The notes under the pieces: model-generated | The model's input: the letters and a program-made list of their open reading frames with translations, nothing else | Told to the model about the DNA's origin: nothing | Databases searched by the model: none | Shown here: positions 1-14,218 of the stretch, one piece after another | Layout of the letters: every line of letters starts with the position of its first letter | Position numbering within the stretch: position 1 is the first letter of the stretch | From: Octopus vulgaris | Taxonomy: Eukaryota | Length of the DNA stretch: 64,000 bases | Assembly (NCBI GenBank): GCA_951406725.2 | Contig: OX597817.1 | Span: forward strand, 141,360,001-141,424,000 | Reading direction: 5' to 3' | Translations under genes and position numbers: made by a program

Positions 1-1524
1 AAATTCATTTCTTTGGTTGAAAAAAACCCCCACATATTCATCGTCGTGACCGACGAAGAACCCAGAGCTTCGTTTAGTTTAATGTCTAGAAATTATGTTA
101 ACTGAAAGAAGATGGCTGATGTATGTTTGAAATAATTTTAACCTGTACGGTTTGGTAGCATTTAAAATTTGATATAGATACTTCGATTATTTGATTAGAA
201 AAAGAAACAAAAAAATTCTAGTCTTTCAAAACCCTAACGAGAATGGTAGGATTCACCCTGAAGAAGCAACAATCGATTGATTGAATTGAAACTATTCCCT
301 AATCCAAGACATTTTTGTCTGAACTCACTAATTTGACAGAAATTTCTAGTAAAATTCTATTAGCAGAAGAGAGAGGAGCCAACGATTTCTTTACCATTCT
401 TTCTCTTTTCTTTTTCACATCACTAACCTCAGAATCCAATATCCTATCCATCAAGTCATACAGGCATCTATTAAGTTAGGTAACTATCACATACCTAACC
501 CTTTCCTTCATCTGCATTAACCATAGCAAGTGGTAATTGCAAGACAATCGATCGATTCCCAATATTATGTTTGTAGAGGATTTTCAATAGTAAATGTATC
601 CAGTTTCTTTTATATTTCCAGTCCCTGGAACAATTTATTTCCCATTCCATTCCTTTTACTTCATTCCATCTTCAACGTGGCGTATATTTCGCATTTATCT
701 AACCTGACACTTATCAAAACATACATGACACCAGTGCTTGTAACCTTCTCTCCAGCTAATACTTAATATGAAAGTAATTGCCGGTTCCGGATAATATACT
801 AAACTAATATTTATTTTAATAATTTCTTTTTAATAGATAAATGCATTAATGACAGCTTTTCAAAACATTAAATGTTCAAATAGATTAAAACAGATAAATA
901 AATAAAAAATGCCAAACCAAATTATATCAGCTTTACATATTCGAGTATCAACAATCTTGCAAGGAATAAAAAAATACAGAAATATAAAAAAAAGTGGTGT
1001 GTTATAGAACGCAATTATAGTAAACGCCTGAAGTTTGTGTAATTATACGAATTGTTCTTAAGATAATATCTCCTCTTCTCTCGATAGTAGTCTTCTGTTT
1101 TATATAGTGAGTTGGAAAAGTTTAATAACATGATCGATAATAATCTTCAGGCTAAAGTTTCTTATCAGGGAATTGCTTACCATAATGTTGAATTAATCCT
1201 CTTGGCAAACTACGCAAGAAATAGTAGTAAATGTTGCTATTCCACAGTTAACACTATAAGGTTACAGATAAATAGCAGAGTATTTTCAAACATTACTGGT
1301 TTTCACAGCCTTCCACTTGTCTATACTAACTAGTACTCTGGTGAACTTGTAAGCTTTAAACGACTACATTTTCATATCGGGTCCCTGATCTTAATGCTAT
1401 TTTTTTTCATTTTATTTAACTGCTAGTGCCAACAGTAGAAATACCTTTACGATTTTGATTTGGGTTGGCCATAATTACAATAGAAATATATATTTTAATA
1501 TGTCATGTTTATCTATATCTCTTT

Positions 1525-2055
1525 TTTCTTTAACGTTTTACTAGTTTCAGTCATTGGACTTTGGCCATGATGGGGTGCCACTTTGAAGGGTTTAGTCGAA
1601 CAAATCGACCCCACCATTCGTTTTTTTAAAAATCTTGGTATTTATTTAGTCAGTTTCTTTTACCTAATCACCAAGTTACGAGGACTTAAAGAAATGAACA
1701 CAGGTTGCCAAGCTGGGTTTGTGACAAACGTAGGCACCAAGACACACACATACGTAAATACAGACAAAAATACAGAGACAGAGAAATACAAAGGTTTGTT
1801 GTAAATTTACTCTTTTCTCTCTCGCTATACTGAGCATTATAATCCATCACTTAACTTCTATTACCGAACAGGTTATTGTAGAGGTGAATCTGTTTAGCTT
1901 ATTAAAATCCAACGAAGCATTCGTTGAAGTTTAGAAATGATCAAATGTTCCGTGTTTGTTTTGGTTGATTGTTTATTCCACAACAGTAGATGTCTGGACC
2001 TGGAACCATGAGGCTGGGAAGCAAGCTTTTTATCACAAAGCCATGCATACGCCTA
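1525..2055 (-). mobile_element. SINE family C, diverged
   Basis: CTAGTTTCAGTCATTGGACT..GGCCATG and CTTTTTATCACAAAGCCATGC match the family C ends. Confidence 0.6.
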
Positions 2056-2497
2056 TAAAACATAAGAAAACATTTTGTAGTGGCAAATGTTATATAAATT
2101 TTAAAATGTGCTTTGTTAAGTGTAAAATGATTAAATAATTAGAAGAGTAATTTTTTGTTAAAAAACAACAGTGTTTTCAATGTTTGCTTGATTAGTCTGC
2201 AATTAAAGACCTATTTTTAGCTGTTATTTCTTCGACTATTTGAGTTTAAGATATCATTATTACTTTTCGCAGACAGTACTGGGTGTTAATTTAGTTGGCA
2301 GACAAAGAAAAATGATAATGTTTATTGTCATTGCTAAAATTATTATTGGTGTCATTTGTTTAAAAATTATAATTGCAAGTGTCTTACAATTGTTGATTTC
2401 AGTCATTAATTAAATAAAATAAATTAGTTAGCAATTTTATCCTCACATAGCTCATATGACAAACAGACTCTCACACACACACGCATGAATATGTGTA

Positions 2498-2571
<74 letters not shown>

Positions 2572-2806
2572 AATATATATACACACCTCCACACACACAT
2601 ATATATATATATTCATGTGAAAGCTATATTTCTATTTACCTACGCATATTTGTATATATATGATTGATTCTCTCGTTGTGAACGGCAAATAAGGGTTCAG
2701 TAAATTAAAGCGCTAATCATGTGCTATGGTCTCATGTGTGTTTCTCAAGGCATATACACATACAAAGACAGACAACAGCATTATTGACTATAATAAAGTG
2801 CAAACT

Positions 2807-3357
2807 TGTTAGCACGCCTGGCGAAATGCTTAGCGGTATTACGTCTGCCGTTACGTTCTGAGTTCAAATTCCACCGAGGTCGACTTTGCCTTTCATCCTT
2901 TGGGGTCGATTAAATAAGTACCAGTTACACACTGGGGTCGATGTAATCGCCTTAATCCGTTTGTCTGTCCTCTCTGTGTTTAGTCCCTTGTGGGTAGTAA
3001 AGAAATAGGTATTTCGTCTGCCGCTACGTTCTGAGTTCAAATTCCGCCGTGGTCGACTTTGCTTTTCATCCTTCCGGGGGCGATTAAATAAGTACCAGTT
3101 ACGCACTAGGGTCGATATAATCGACTTAATCCATTTGTCTGTCCTTGTTTGTCCTCTCTGTGTTTAGCCCCTTGTGGGCAGTAAAGAAATAGGTATTTCT
3201 CCCGTCGCTACGTTCAGGGTTCAAATTCCGCCAAAGTCGACTTTGTCTTTCAATCTTCCGGGGCCGATACAATAAGTACTTGTGAAACACCCGGGTCGAT
3301 GTAATAGACTCATTCCCATCTCCACCAAGCTGCCCTTGTGGCAAAAATTTGAAATAA
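2807..3357 (+). mobile_element. SINE family A composite: tRNA-like head, two tandem modules (2836-3008, 3009-3192) and a diverged terminal body with (TAA) tail
   Basis: Head GTTAGCACGCC..GGCGAAATGCTTAGC and B-box-like GAGTTCAAATTCC. The central GGTCGACTTTGCCTTTCATCCTTTCGGGGTCGAT..AAGTACCAG resembles Meta/MESC-type SINE central domains (from memory). A 16-bp TSD TAATAAAGTGCAAACT lies at 2791-2806 and 3358-3373. Confidence 0.85.
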
Positions 3358-3382
3358 TAATAAAGTGCAAACTAATTAAACT

Positions 3383-3436
<54 letters not shown>

Positions 3437-3804
3437 GTGTGTGTGTGTGATTATGTAGAAGAAACATTTATTATGAGGCTAAAATATTCAAACCTGTGAC
3501 ATGAAGTTTGCCCGCAGTCAGGAGTTCAGAAGTTTACCAGTCGTCTGTGTAAATGATTTACACATGAAATAGTGACAAATAAGACGACGAGGATCGATGT
3601 ACTCGTCTTAGCCTCTTACACAAAATTGCTGGCCTGGTGCCAAAATTTAAAACCAATAAAGGTGACAAATATTATGATGGCGAGCTGGCTGGATCGTTAG
3701 AATGCCGTTGCTTGGCTGCATTTCGTCCATCGTTACGGTGTAAATTCAAATTCTGCCGAGGTCGACTTTACTGATATAAGTTAAATAGATATACGTATGA
3801 TATA

Positions 3805-3870
<66 letters not shown>

Positions 3871-4197
3871 TGTGTGTGTGTGTGTGTGTGTGTGTACGTG
3901 AGAATTTATGGTAGACTACGGAATCAAGATAATGAGATTTTCTTCCGAAGAAAACGAAACAACAGAGAGAATTGAATGCTATTACATGCTCTGATTTTTA
4001 AACTGCAGTTGTAACATCAGTTGATTTGCTAGTTGAGAACTGAAGCCATGTTGCATTCCTTTATAATGCCGCAATAAAATTCTCTGTCGTGGAATTATGG
4101 TGATAGAAATGACATCGTTTCTCAAGGTTATATGTGACGGAAAGGAAAACAACTGAAAAGGTTTCTCAACGATTCCAGACGATATTAATAGTACTAA

Positions 4198-4790
4198 GGG
4201 GGCGAGATGACAGAAACGTTAGCACGCCGAGCGAAATGCTTAGCGGTATTTCGTCTGCCGTTACGTTGTGAGTTCAAATTCCGCCGAGGTCGACTTTGCC
4301 TTTCATCCTTTCGGGGTCGATAAATTAAGTACCAGTTACGCACTGGGGTCGATGTAATCGACTTAATACCTATGTCTGTCCTTGTTTGTCCCCTCTGTGT
4401 TTAGCCCCTTGTGGGTAATAAAGAAATAGGTATTTCGTCTGCCGTTACATTCTGAGTTCAAATTCCGCCGAGGTCGACTTTGCCTTTCATCCTTCCGGGA
4501 TCGATAAATTAAGTACCAGTTACGCACTGGGGTCGATATAATCGACTTAATCCATTTGTCTGTCCTTGTTTGTCCCCTCTGTGTTTAGCACCTTGTGGGT
4601 AGTAAAGCAATAGGTATTTCGACTGTCTTTACGTTCTGAGTTCAAATTCCGCTGAGGTCGACTTTACCTTTCATCCTTTCGGGGTCGATAAATTAAGTAC
4701 TAATTTCTTATTGGGGTCGATCTAATCGACATGCCCCCTCCCTAAAAATTTCTGACCTTGTGACTAGAGTAGAAATGAATAATAATTAGG
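4198..4790 (+). mobile_element. SINE family A composite: head, two 184-bp modules (4246-4429, 4430-4613) and a terminal body with a different tail
   Basis: Same head and modules as 2807-3357; junctions GAAATAG|GTATTTC and GCAATAG|GTATTTC. Confidence 0.85.
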
Positions 4791-5089
4791 CTAATGATGT
4801 AAACAATCACACAATCATTGAAAATTCAATCAATTATTTTTTTTCTGACTGTACTGGGCGTTATAGACTTCCACTTCACTACTATTACCGAGTAGTTTAT
4901 TGGAGCTGTGAAACTGTAGTAAAGTGCAATGAATCATTCATTGAGGCCTAGAAATAATGAGATGTTTCATGTTCTGTTTGGTTGATTGCTTCCTCTTCAG
5001 TGTAGACCTGGAAGGTCTAGCAGATTCTAGCAGGTCAAGCTCTCAACTTTGGAACTGAAAGCTATACCAGCCACTGAACTGAACATCTA

Positions 5090-5300
5090 TATAAAACCAA
5101 AGATCCCGCATTCTAGATATCGAATAAGGACCCTGTACTGTAACAATTTGAGCTTCAGGGATTCACAGCTATTCAATATTTTGCTGGATACTCTCAGAGA
5201 TTTACGAGGTCTAAATATAGAGAGCCTGGGGACAATTTTTTATCTGAAATATCAGATGAACCCACATCAGGGCAGGAGGCGCAACTTCACCAAAAGATGT
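5090..5300 (+). mobile_element. Decayed 3' end of a CR1-like LINE ORF2
   Basis: Peptide RTLYCNNLSFRDSQLFNILLDTLRDLRG plus a downstream DEP in another frame resembles the CR1-group ORF2 C-terminus (SF.GP.LFN.LP..LR...PDEP). Confidence 0.5.
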
Positions 5301-6209
5301 ACAGAAAGGAAACTCAAGCATACTGAAAGGCGGATATTCCAGCATGGCCCCAGCCTTTAGATGAAATTAGACAAAAATAAAAAATAAAAGATAAAAGATA
5401 GTTCCATATTCTTGTATTTTTTGTAAAGTCTAACGCGTTCCTTCCTTAAGCGCAAACATCTTAGAAATTGCTTGCAACTAGAGTGGCTTCCTTTAAATGT
5501 ATCAATCGGGCCGTGACTACATTTTGATCTATATATTCTTCAATTATCAGAAACAGAATTCATTTACAATTATTTTGTCTTGAAATGGAATTAGAATTAT
5601 CATATCTAAGTTTAGATTATATTTCTATGTTTGCTGTTTGCTACTTGCTACCCAAATAACTATTACTATTCTGCAGCTTGTCACTAATCAGACGAAGTCT
5701 GTCACTAATCAGACGAAACAGGTTTCTTGTAATAAATAACATAGAAGCAACATTGTCTGCATGTTGACACTTCCGCCATATTGTTTATGGTTAATTGCTT
5801 CAGAGACTTATATGTAACACGAACCTCCTGCTATTTTTATTCTTAGAAGCATTAGCGGCTCAAGTGAGATGAAATTACTTCAACGGATAGTCTAAACGCA
5901 TCTTAATCTCACTTCACCGCAAAGTTAACACTAAATCTATGGCGCTAAGACAGCAGCGCAATAATATGCGTTTATTTACCACAGAATATAGCTTTGATAT
6001 AATGTTCCTCTTAGTAATGTTAATTTGGTTTCATAAGGAGTTCTTGGACTATATAATCGGGCTTTAAGATATTAGTCGCTATATCGAAGAAAGGAAAATT
6101 CTTATCAGGTAATATTTGAAATCAGGTTTTGAATGGAAGAAAACGTTTTATAAAGCATTTCAATTAATGCTCAATTACTTCCATAATACCCGTCATCTTT
6201 TTAATAACG

Positions 6210-6608
6210 TTATTCTTCTTCGTAATCCTTTCTACTAAAGGTACATAGCCTGAAATTTTGTGGGGAGGGGACTAGTCGATTTCATTGACCCTAGTGTTTC
6301 AATGGTACTTATTTTATCAAACTCCGAAAGGATGAAAGGAAAAGTTGAACTCGGAACGTAGCAACAGACGAAATACCTATTTCTTTACAACCACAAGGGG
6401 CTAAACACAGAGAGGACAAACAAGGACAGACAAACGAATTAAGTCGATTATATCGACCCCAGTGCGTAACTGGTACTTATTTAATCAACCTTGAAAGGAT
6501 GAAAGACAAAGTCGACCTCGGCGGAATTCGAACTCAGAACATAATGACAGACGAAATACCGCTAAGCATTTCGCCCGGCGTTCTAACTATTCCGCCAGCT
6601 CGCCGCCT
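6210..6608 (-). mobile_element. SINE family A: head, one module (6377-6559) and an older body
   Basis: Reverse complement of the family A sequence; junction GAAATAC|CTATTTC at 6376/6377. Confidence 0.85.
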
Positions 6609-6719
6609 TGCTGTTCTGCTTAATAATGAAGAACTGCCATCACGAGCTGTGATTATTTCATTTGTGAAAGCAATAAAACTGATGTTGTTTGTTTCTCTCT
6701 TCTTTGTCACGTGGTAACT

Positions 6720-7195
6720 TATTTTATCTTTAAGTATTCCATTTCTTTCGCTCATTGGACTGTGGCCATTTTGGAACATAGCCTTGAAGGCTTTTTGTCG
6801 AATAAATCGATCCCAGATATTTTTTTAGCTAGCGATTTAATCGATTGCTGTCTATGCCGAACTGCTAAGTCACGGGGATGTATACAATCCAGCACTGGTT
6901 GCCAAGCGGCGGAGGCAATAAACACACATACAAAGGCGCATACATACACATGTATGTATGTATGTATGTATGTATGTATGTATGTATGTATGTATGTATG
7001 TATGTTTGTATGTATGTATGTGTACATGACGGGCTTCCTCATACTTTACGCTTACGATTTCACTCACAAAGCATTGGTCGACGTGAGGCTATAATGGAAG
7101 GCTATGATGGAAGACACTGTCCCAAGATTCCACACCGTAGGACTGAACCCGAAACCCCGTGGTTACACAGCCAGCTTCTTAATCACATAGCCATT
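6720..7195 (-). mobile_element. SINE family C, diverged; internal (TATG)n
   Basis: Reverse-complement co-linearity with family C. Confidence 0.75.
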
Positions 7196-7656
7196 AACCA
7201 TTTGTCAGTTAAGCTATAAATATAAATTGAGTCGACATAATTTCATTATGATATATCTTAGATTAATTTATCTTTCATACTGATTTAGTCAAATACGTTT
7301 TAAATGGGAGACTAATAAAATATTATAGGCTAATATATTCGGAATCGATCAGTAATTGAAACAGATAAATATTTACAGAGCACAGTTGATATAAAGTTTC
7401 GGTCATTAGTCAGAGTCCGACATCACCAATATATTTTCTTCTGGTAGAGTTATTGCACCATGTTACATACACATGGTCGCTATAAGTTCGCCTCACAGAT
7501 AACATGTCTTCTATAAAGGAATTCTTTTCAGCATTCAACGTCATTGTATATTGACACTCTTAGATACGTTTATTTCAGTTTATTTGTATTTCGCTATATT
7601 TTCTTGCTTACAATTCCCTCTTCTTTCATTCAAGAGTATACCATAGTGTTGTGAAC

Positions 7657-7704
<48 letters not shown>

Positions 7705-7709
7705 ATATA

Positions 7710-7860
7710 GGGAGAGTTCACGAAAAAAAGATGAAGACAGGTGGTGTAGAAAACAAACAGATGTATTAGTATAACGCTCAGGAATTGAAAAAGTATTTTA
7801 CGTTTCGAGCCTACGCTCTTCTACAGAAAGGGACACAGAAAGAAACAAGGAGGGAAAAAT
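7710..7860 (-). mobile_element. Mini-element family H1 (PLE-terminus-like) with a minimal hammerhead-like motif at 7799-7826
   Basis: CTGTAGA-A-GAGC-GTAG-GCTC-GAAAC-GT-A; abuts (TA)n; homologous to copies at 8908, 15255, 49284, 55075 and 58828. Confidence 0.65.
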
Positions 7861-7962
7861 AATAATAATGATAATAATAAAGTTTTACGTAAAGTTCAAA
7901 GGTTTAGACGTCGTGGTGCATTGCAAGGATTTTTCATCAAGAGTAGAGTCCACAGTGATCCA

Positions 7963-7999
<37 letters not shown>

Positions 8000-8001
<2 letters not shown>

Positions 8002-8345
8002 ATGGTTTCGGAATCAAGGACTATGCACGGCTCCTCGGACGAGAATCTTCTGCTATAACCTCGGGCTGACCAATGCATTGTAAATGGATTTGGGAGATGA
8101 AAACTGAACCCCCCCCCCGCCGTATATGTGTGTGCGTATGTGTGTGTCCATGCGTGTGTTTGCAGCTGTCCTCCATCAGTACCTGACAACAGTATTGAGA
8201 TTTTAAGCGACTGAGCTGTTTGGCAAAAGAACTGATAGAATATGTACCAGGTTTTAAACACTATATTCATCAGAATAAAAAATAATTTGAGGCGGTGCCC
8301 CAGTAAGGACGCAGTCTAACGACTAATATAAGTTAAAAATAAAGG
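8000..8345 (+). mobile_element. SINE family C, diverged
   Basis: CTATAACCTCGGGCTGACCAATGC...GGCGGTGCCCCAG match family C. Confidence 0.65.
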
Positions 8346-8791
8346 TGCATGAAATAATTACAATTTAAATTTTATAAAAATTGTTGGTTCTTATAACATC
8401 ACGAAAGGAATGTAAATTTTAAGAATATAAGCTATTACTTGAATCTGAAATTAAATACAATGATGTGCAGATGCATCCTTAATATGTTGCAACAGATTTG
8501 AACGAGAATATGGTAACCGCTGGTGTAGTTTGTCTACGGAGGAAAAATTGTTATTTCTCGATTGTATGACTCCTCCCATAAATACTCTCTCATTTAATCC
8601 TGCTTCTCCTCAACATCTGTTTCTATGGTTTCTTCTCTCTCATTGTGAGAGTAACGTTCTTTTACTCATTGTCTGCCACTAAGCTTAGTGTGCGCACACA
8701 TCTTTCACGTCTTATGTAGATCCTGTATAAAATGTTTAAGTTATGCACTTAGCTTATCTCTCTTTCCAGTCCTTTCCCCATCTATCTATAA

Positions 8792-9060
<269 letters not shown>

Positions 9061-10199
9061 TTTGCAGCTAGCAATATGTCCTTTTCCCCCTCTCTCTCTA
9101 TTCGATGTAAAGCATGATTGGAGAAATCAATCAGTCAGCCAGCCAACCAGCCAACCAATTACCCATCATATCGGCTTTTGTTATATAGAGTTATACAAAG
9201 ATACGAACACCATTTCTCTTTATTTGAAAGCCTGCCTTAAATATTCAACAAACTCCATTAATTGTTTCCCTGTCCGCTACGTTTCTTACTTCAGCGATGT
9301 TTCTGTTGTAATTTATAATCAATTAACTATATTCCTTTTGCAATATATAACTATGAGCTTTTTACCATCATATTTTATTGAATTATTTTATTGAAATATA
9401 CGCAGTTCTTTAGGTCAAATCCATTTCAAAAGGAAATAATTTAATAACATACAATTTTGTTATGAAATAATTAAATTATTTCTGGTATAAATTTTTACAT
9501 ATTTTACAATATTTATTATTAAATATATTTAATTTATTTGATTTTCTTTGAAAATAAACCTATCGGGTAAAGGTATATCAATTATATTCCTAATTATTTA
9601 ATCTCTATTCTTAATCATCTTCCCAATATGAAGGAATTTTTTTTCTATATTCCATGCTTAAATGATTCAACTCCGAACCACGTTTCTATTGAAAATAAGA
9701 GCGTTCGAGCTTTGTTTAATTACAACTTCCAATATGTGCTGTGAAATAGACATTTTCATCAAACTTAACAATATTGTTGAAGGAGCTGTTTAAGAACGTT
9801 AATTAATTCACGGAAAAATTACATTTTATTAATAAAAATAAAAGAATAACTTTGTTTTCTTGGCAAGTATCCCAGCAAATATTTGATAAAACTTGAAGAG
9901 GTCAAAGATGAAAAGTTTCAATTACAAAATAGAATTTTTAATAAAAATTTCGCCATCCTACTTATCATTAGCAAACGTTAGTAAATATTTTGTCATTTTT
10001 ATTATACAGGCATCCCATCTGTAAAAGTCGATGGTACTCGATAATTTCACAATTGGCGCTGATTCTTTATAAGTACGCTTCAATCAATTTCCCTGTTTGA
10101 AGAATGATTTCAATGTGTTTTCTCTTTCTTCAACAATGCACGTAATGATGTAAGATCAATGATCGATGAAGCGATCAATATTTATAGGACACACAGGAT

Positions 10200-11100
10200 A
10201 TATAGCAATCATGGCGACTTTATGTGACCTCTTCTCACCATACATAACTTAAACAATTCATACAGGATCTACGCTGCCAACTCAAAAAGGCATCTACTTC
10301 TTCCCGTTTACCAGCTTCCCGCCCCTTGGCCCTGCATCTCTCCCCCCTCATGCACTTCATCAGCCTTGACCTCCGTTGCCACATCAGTCAACCAGGTTTT
10401 AGACTCCGTTTCTCCCATTCCGGCCTATTCCTTCCAACTTCTTATCCATACATTAAATATAGCTCCGCGGCACATCCCACAATGCATCTGCAACTCTACG
10501 TTCCATCATTCGTTCCATGTAAACCAAACGATTCGTCCGAATATGGCATTCAGCATTCCCATTATCCCAAGTCTCTGTAACTCCGAACACGCTAAATCTA
10601 TAATCTTGTACACCTATCACACTTTGATTTCCACACCAACACCAAAATGCGCCAACCGCACCAACTTGCTCATTGTCGTAAAATCACTGAAGCACTTATT
10701 ACTATCCTCTATACCGATGACACTTTACCATGTGACTCATCTCTCTCAAATAGTATTCCCAATATCAATCTTATGTAGTTCCCCCACTGTAGCTATCTTA
10801 ACCATTTTATACACCACTAGAAGGCTTCCATTCTATTAAGGGCACTAATCTTGCTACGCAAAACTGCAACTATTTTCATTATACTTCTTAACACTTCAAA
10901 ACCTCGTGCCTACAATCTGGAAAACCCCTTTACACTGTCTGCTTCAGTAAGGAATTCCTTTCAACATTAAAATATTCTATTGATCGCTTTGTTACACTTT
11001 AACCAAACACTTCTATATTTCACGTCGTTTACTTCCATGCGCCAAAATGCTTCTCCTTCTCGAGTGTTGTCTACCAACAAGAGTGAGGAGTATCCACGTA
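10200..11100 (+). mobile_element. Highly decayed Penelope-like element (RT C-terminal part to GIY-YIG region)
   Basis: Frameshifted remnants resembling LPF.S.HP, IPIIPSL, a C..P.C linker and V.HFN, in the same order as the clearer PLE at 53500-54380. Confidence 0.4.
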
Positions 11101-11947
11101 CATTAGTATGATCTTCAGTTACACCAATCTCTTCGCTGATAATATTTAAGCTCAATTTTGTTGCAGTTTACTAAATGAAATCCTAAATAATACGACCAGT
11201 ACCGTCATGACTGAACTGACCTCGCATTACATACCAAAGATCAACAGGCACGATAATTACCCTACAGCAACAATATCAATCTCACGACTATATCCCCTTT
11301 GTAAATTCTACTAAATACTTTCTTCTACGAACAACCCCGACATCAATTTACTACAAACCCATTGACTCTCATTTCTAGCTTGACTTTTCTTTCTTGCAAC
11401 TCACTCATGCGCTTCTCACAATTCCTCCTTCTCACTCGCTTATGTAATGAACGACTGATCTTTGCAGAAACATTGAAAGAAATGCATTTTTTCCATCTTA
11501 TATGTTACAATTAATATGTTACTAACTCTGCTCTCTATGGATACGAGTATATCTGCTTTATTATTCATCAGTCGTAATATATCTTGTGCTCATGTGAGCA
11601 CGCATCCCCCAAGGAAAATACTTTAGCATGGTGACAATAAATAACGGCTTTTGCTGTGTCTTGTCTATGAGCAACAATATAAAATGTTTATTTCCTTCTT
11701 ATGATATTAGTGTATCTACATTTTGGTAATCTTCCTTAAGATTCAGTTGTTTAGAAACCTCTGTGCCATATGCTTTGTGAACATATATGGACACAGAAGT
11801 TCCATTCTCAATGAATGGTGGATTAAATAGACAATTTTCCGAAAAAGAATAGGATTATTATATCTCTTTAAATTTGAGTGCCCGACTCAGTTTTTTTTGC
11901 AATAATTATTCAAATAGCTGATCTGGAAACATATTTCTTATCTAGTA

Positions 11948-12451
11948 CTAGCAGTATCACCCGGCGTTGCTCGGGTTTGTAAGGGAAATAACTATATAAG
12001 CATTTTTAGAGAGTTACTTCCCTTATAGATGCCAATTCGGGCTTTCTTAGCCATTTCTGTTTTGGTGTCTTCAAGCCATGAAGTCGTTGTTCTAAAAGAA
12101 CGCTGGTCTCCTTGATAACGCTTTACGACGTTGATTTCCTTACACTCCCTTCCCCACAGCTTCACGAGGGAGGGAAGAAGCAAACAGGTGCAGGTGTGAC
12201 CGTGGACGCCAACTCCGCCGCCATCGACACACGAAAAATTATGCATTAAAATGGAATAAAAAATGATGTTAAATTATTTTTAAAATCGTAGACTCATCGT
12301 AGACGCGCGCTAATACTCAGACGGGCTCGATATGAATCACGACTATAAGATACCCGAATTTGGTTAAACTGCACCGCAAAATGTGGGAGTAGTTAGGAAT
12401 CTAAATCGAAGGGGACAGACACTCACACAACTACAGTTTTATATATATAGA
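11948..12451 (-). mobile_element. Non-autonomous Helitron, 504 bp, apparently complete
   Basis: Minus strand begins TCTATATATATAAAA, ends with the hairpin ACCCGAGCAACGCCGGGT (11959-11976) and CTAG, and sits between host A and T with no TSD; these are canonical Helitron termini. Confidence 0.85.
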
Positions 12452-12850
12452 TGTAAGCAATAGAATGATATATAAATGCACGCTGAGAAACCCTGGACCG
12501 CGTGCATAGTTTTCCTTAAAACATAACTGACACTTTAGATTGGCCGCATTTGTTACAGTGTTACGGTTAATTTTTAGGATAAACTTTTAAGGCAACTTAT
12601 TGACGGAAGGTTTTGGTCGCTGTATTTTGATGAGTAAACACTCGATGTAATTTTAAATCGTAAACTTGATGAGCAGCGGTGTGTCCTCACTAGCTACACT
12701 ACATAAAAATGTCGCTTGATGAGTGATTGATTGATCCAGAAGGGTTTCATGTTCGTCAATAAGTATCAACGAACCTATACCCCGTTACCTTTCAGATATC
12801 CGGTTATAAATCTTTTTTATGTTAAGTATAATAAATACGTTGTACCATTG

Positions 12851-13209
12851 TTAGTTTCAAATTTTGGCAAAAGGCCAGAAATTTCGGAATATTTATTTAT
12901 CGACCCCGAAAGGATGAAAGGCAAAGTCGATCTCGGCGGAATTTGAACTTGGATCGCAAAGCCGAACGAAATACCTATTTCTTTACTACCCACAAGAGGC
13001 TAAACACAGAGGGGACGAACAAGGACAGACAAACGGAATAAGTCGATTATATCGACCCCAGTGCGTAACTGGTACTTATTTAATCGACCTCGAAAGGATG
13101 AAAGGCAAAGTCGACCTCGGCGGAACTTGAACTCAGAACGCAAAGACAGTTGAAATACCGCGAGGCATTTCGCCCAGCGTTCCAACGATTCTGCCAGCTC
13201 ATTGCCTTA
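12851..13209 (-). mobile_element. SINE family A: head, one 184-bp module (12975-13158) and an internally deleted older body
   Basis: Family A sequence; probable TSD TACCATTG at 12843-12850 and 13210-13217. Confidence 0.8.
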
Positions 13210-13987
13210 TACCATTGATATATAAGGAGCTGAACTTTCAAACTGCTTGCCTTAATAACAGCCATGTCAGTTGTCTTTCGCATTAGACACATCTTAGCCG
13301 AGGGAAACATAAAACTTACAGCCTGGAACATGACCAACCTGTGGAAGAATGAACAGAGCATTTGTGTATTCCCAAATATAACACAATATCTATTCGGTAA
13401 TAAAATTCGGAGATAGATTGTTAACAAGTAATAAACATTAAATAGTCATTGAAATTAATATTTGTTTAAATACAATTAGATGGTTGGAAGGTTTACTTAA
13501 GAAAGAAAGGAAGATAAAAGGAAACAGTACAATATCGATTGTTATTTTTTTCAAAATTAAATATATTTTTTATTGTTAATTCAATTATATCTTTTATAGT
13601 AGTCTCACGTGAACCGAAAATAAATGTTTATACAGGGTGTTATATATTGAAAGAATAATCTTGTCTGTTTTCGCTGTAACTATACATTCTTAAGAACATC
13701 GTTAACTGCGGTTGTACGCGCACACACAAAACCGTGTTTACGTGTTTGTGTGTACAACTATAAAGGAATAAAATGTTCATGAAATGTTAGTTTTTGTTGT
13801 AACGTTTTGACAATATTTTAGACAATAGTGTAATATTTATGAAATAAGAAGGCGCAGTTATCTGCATAGAACTGAAGACACGAGTGAGTATACATACACA
13901 TATACACACATTTATATGTGTGTGTATATGTATGCATATTAATATATATAGCTACGTATATGGATGTATATGTTAAAATAAATGTGT

Positions 13988-13988
<1 letters not shown>

Positions 13989-14058
<70 letters not shown>

Positions 14059-14074
14059 GTTATTATTATTATTA

Positions 14075-14117
<43 letters not shown>

Positions 14118-14137
14118 CATCATCATCATCATCATCA

Positions 14138-14179
<42 letters not shown>

Positions 14180-14218
14180 GTAGTAGTAGTAGTAACAGTA
14201 GTAGTAGTAGTAGTAGTA
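13989..14218. repeat. Compound (TAT)n(CAT)n(TAT)n(TAG)n microsatellite; similar trinucleotide tracts at about 15428-15606, 15820-15884, 16458-16724, 17745-17982, 19410-19543, 20346-20520, 21399-21460 and 63684-63745
   Basis: Directly visible; source of the poly-I/L/Y/N ORFs. Confidence 0.95.
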
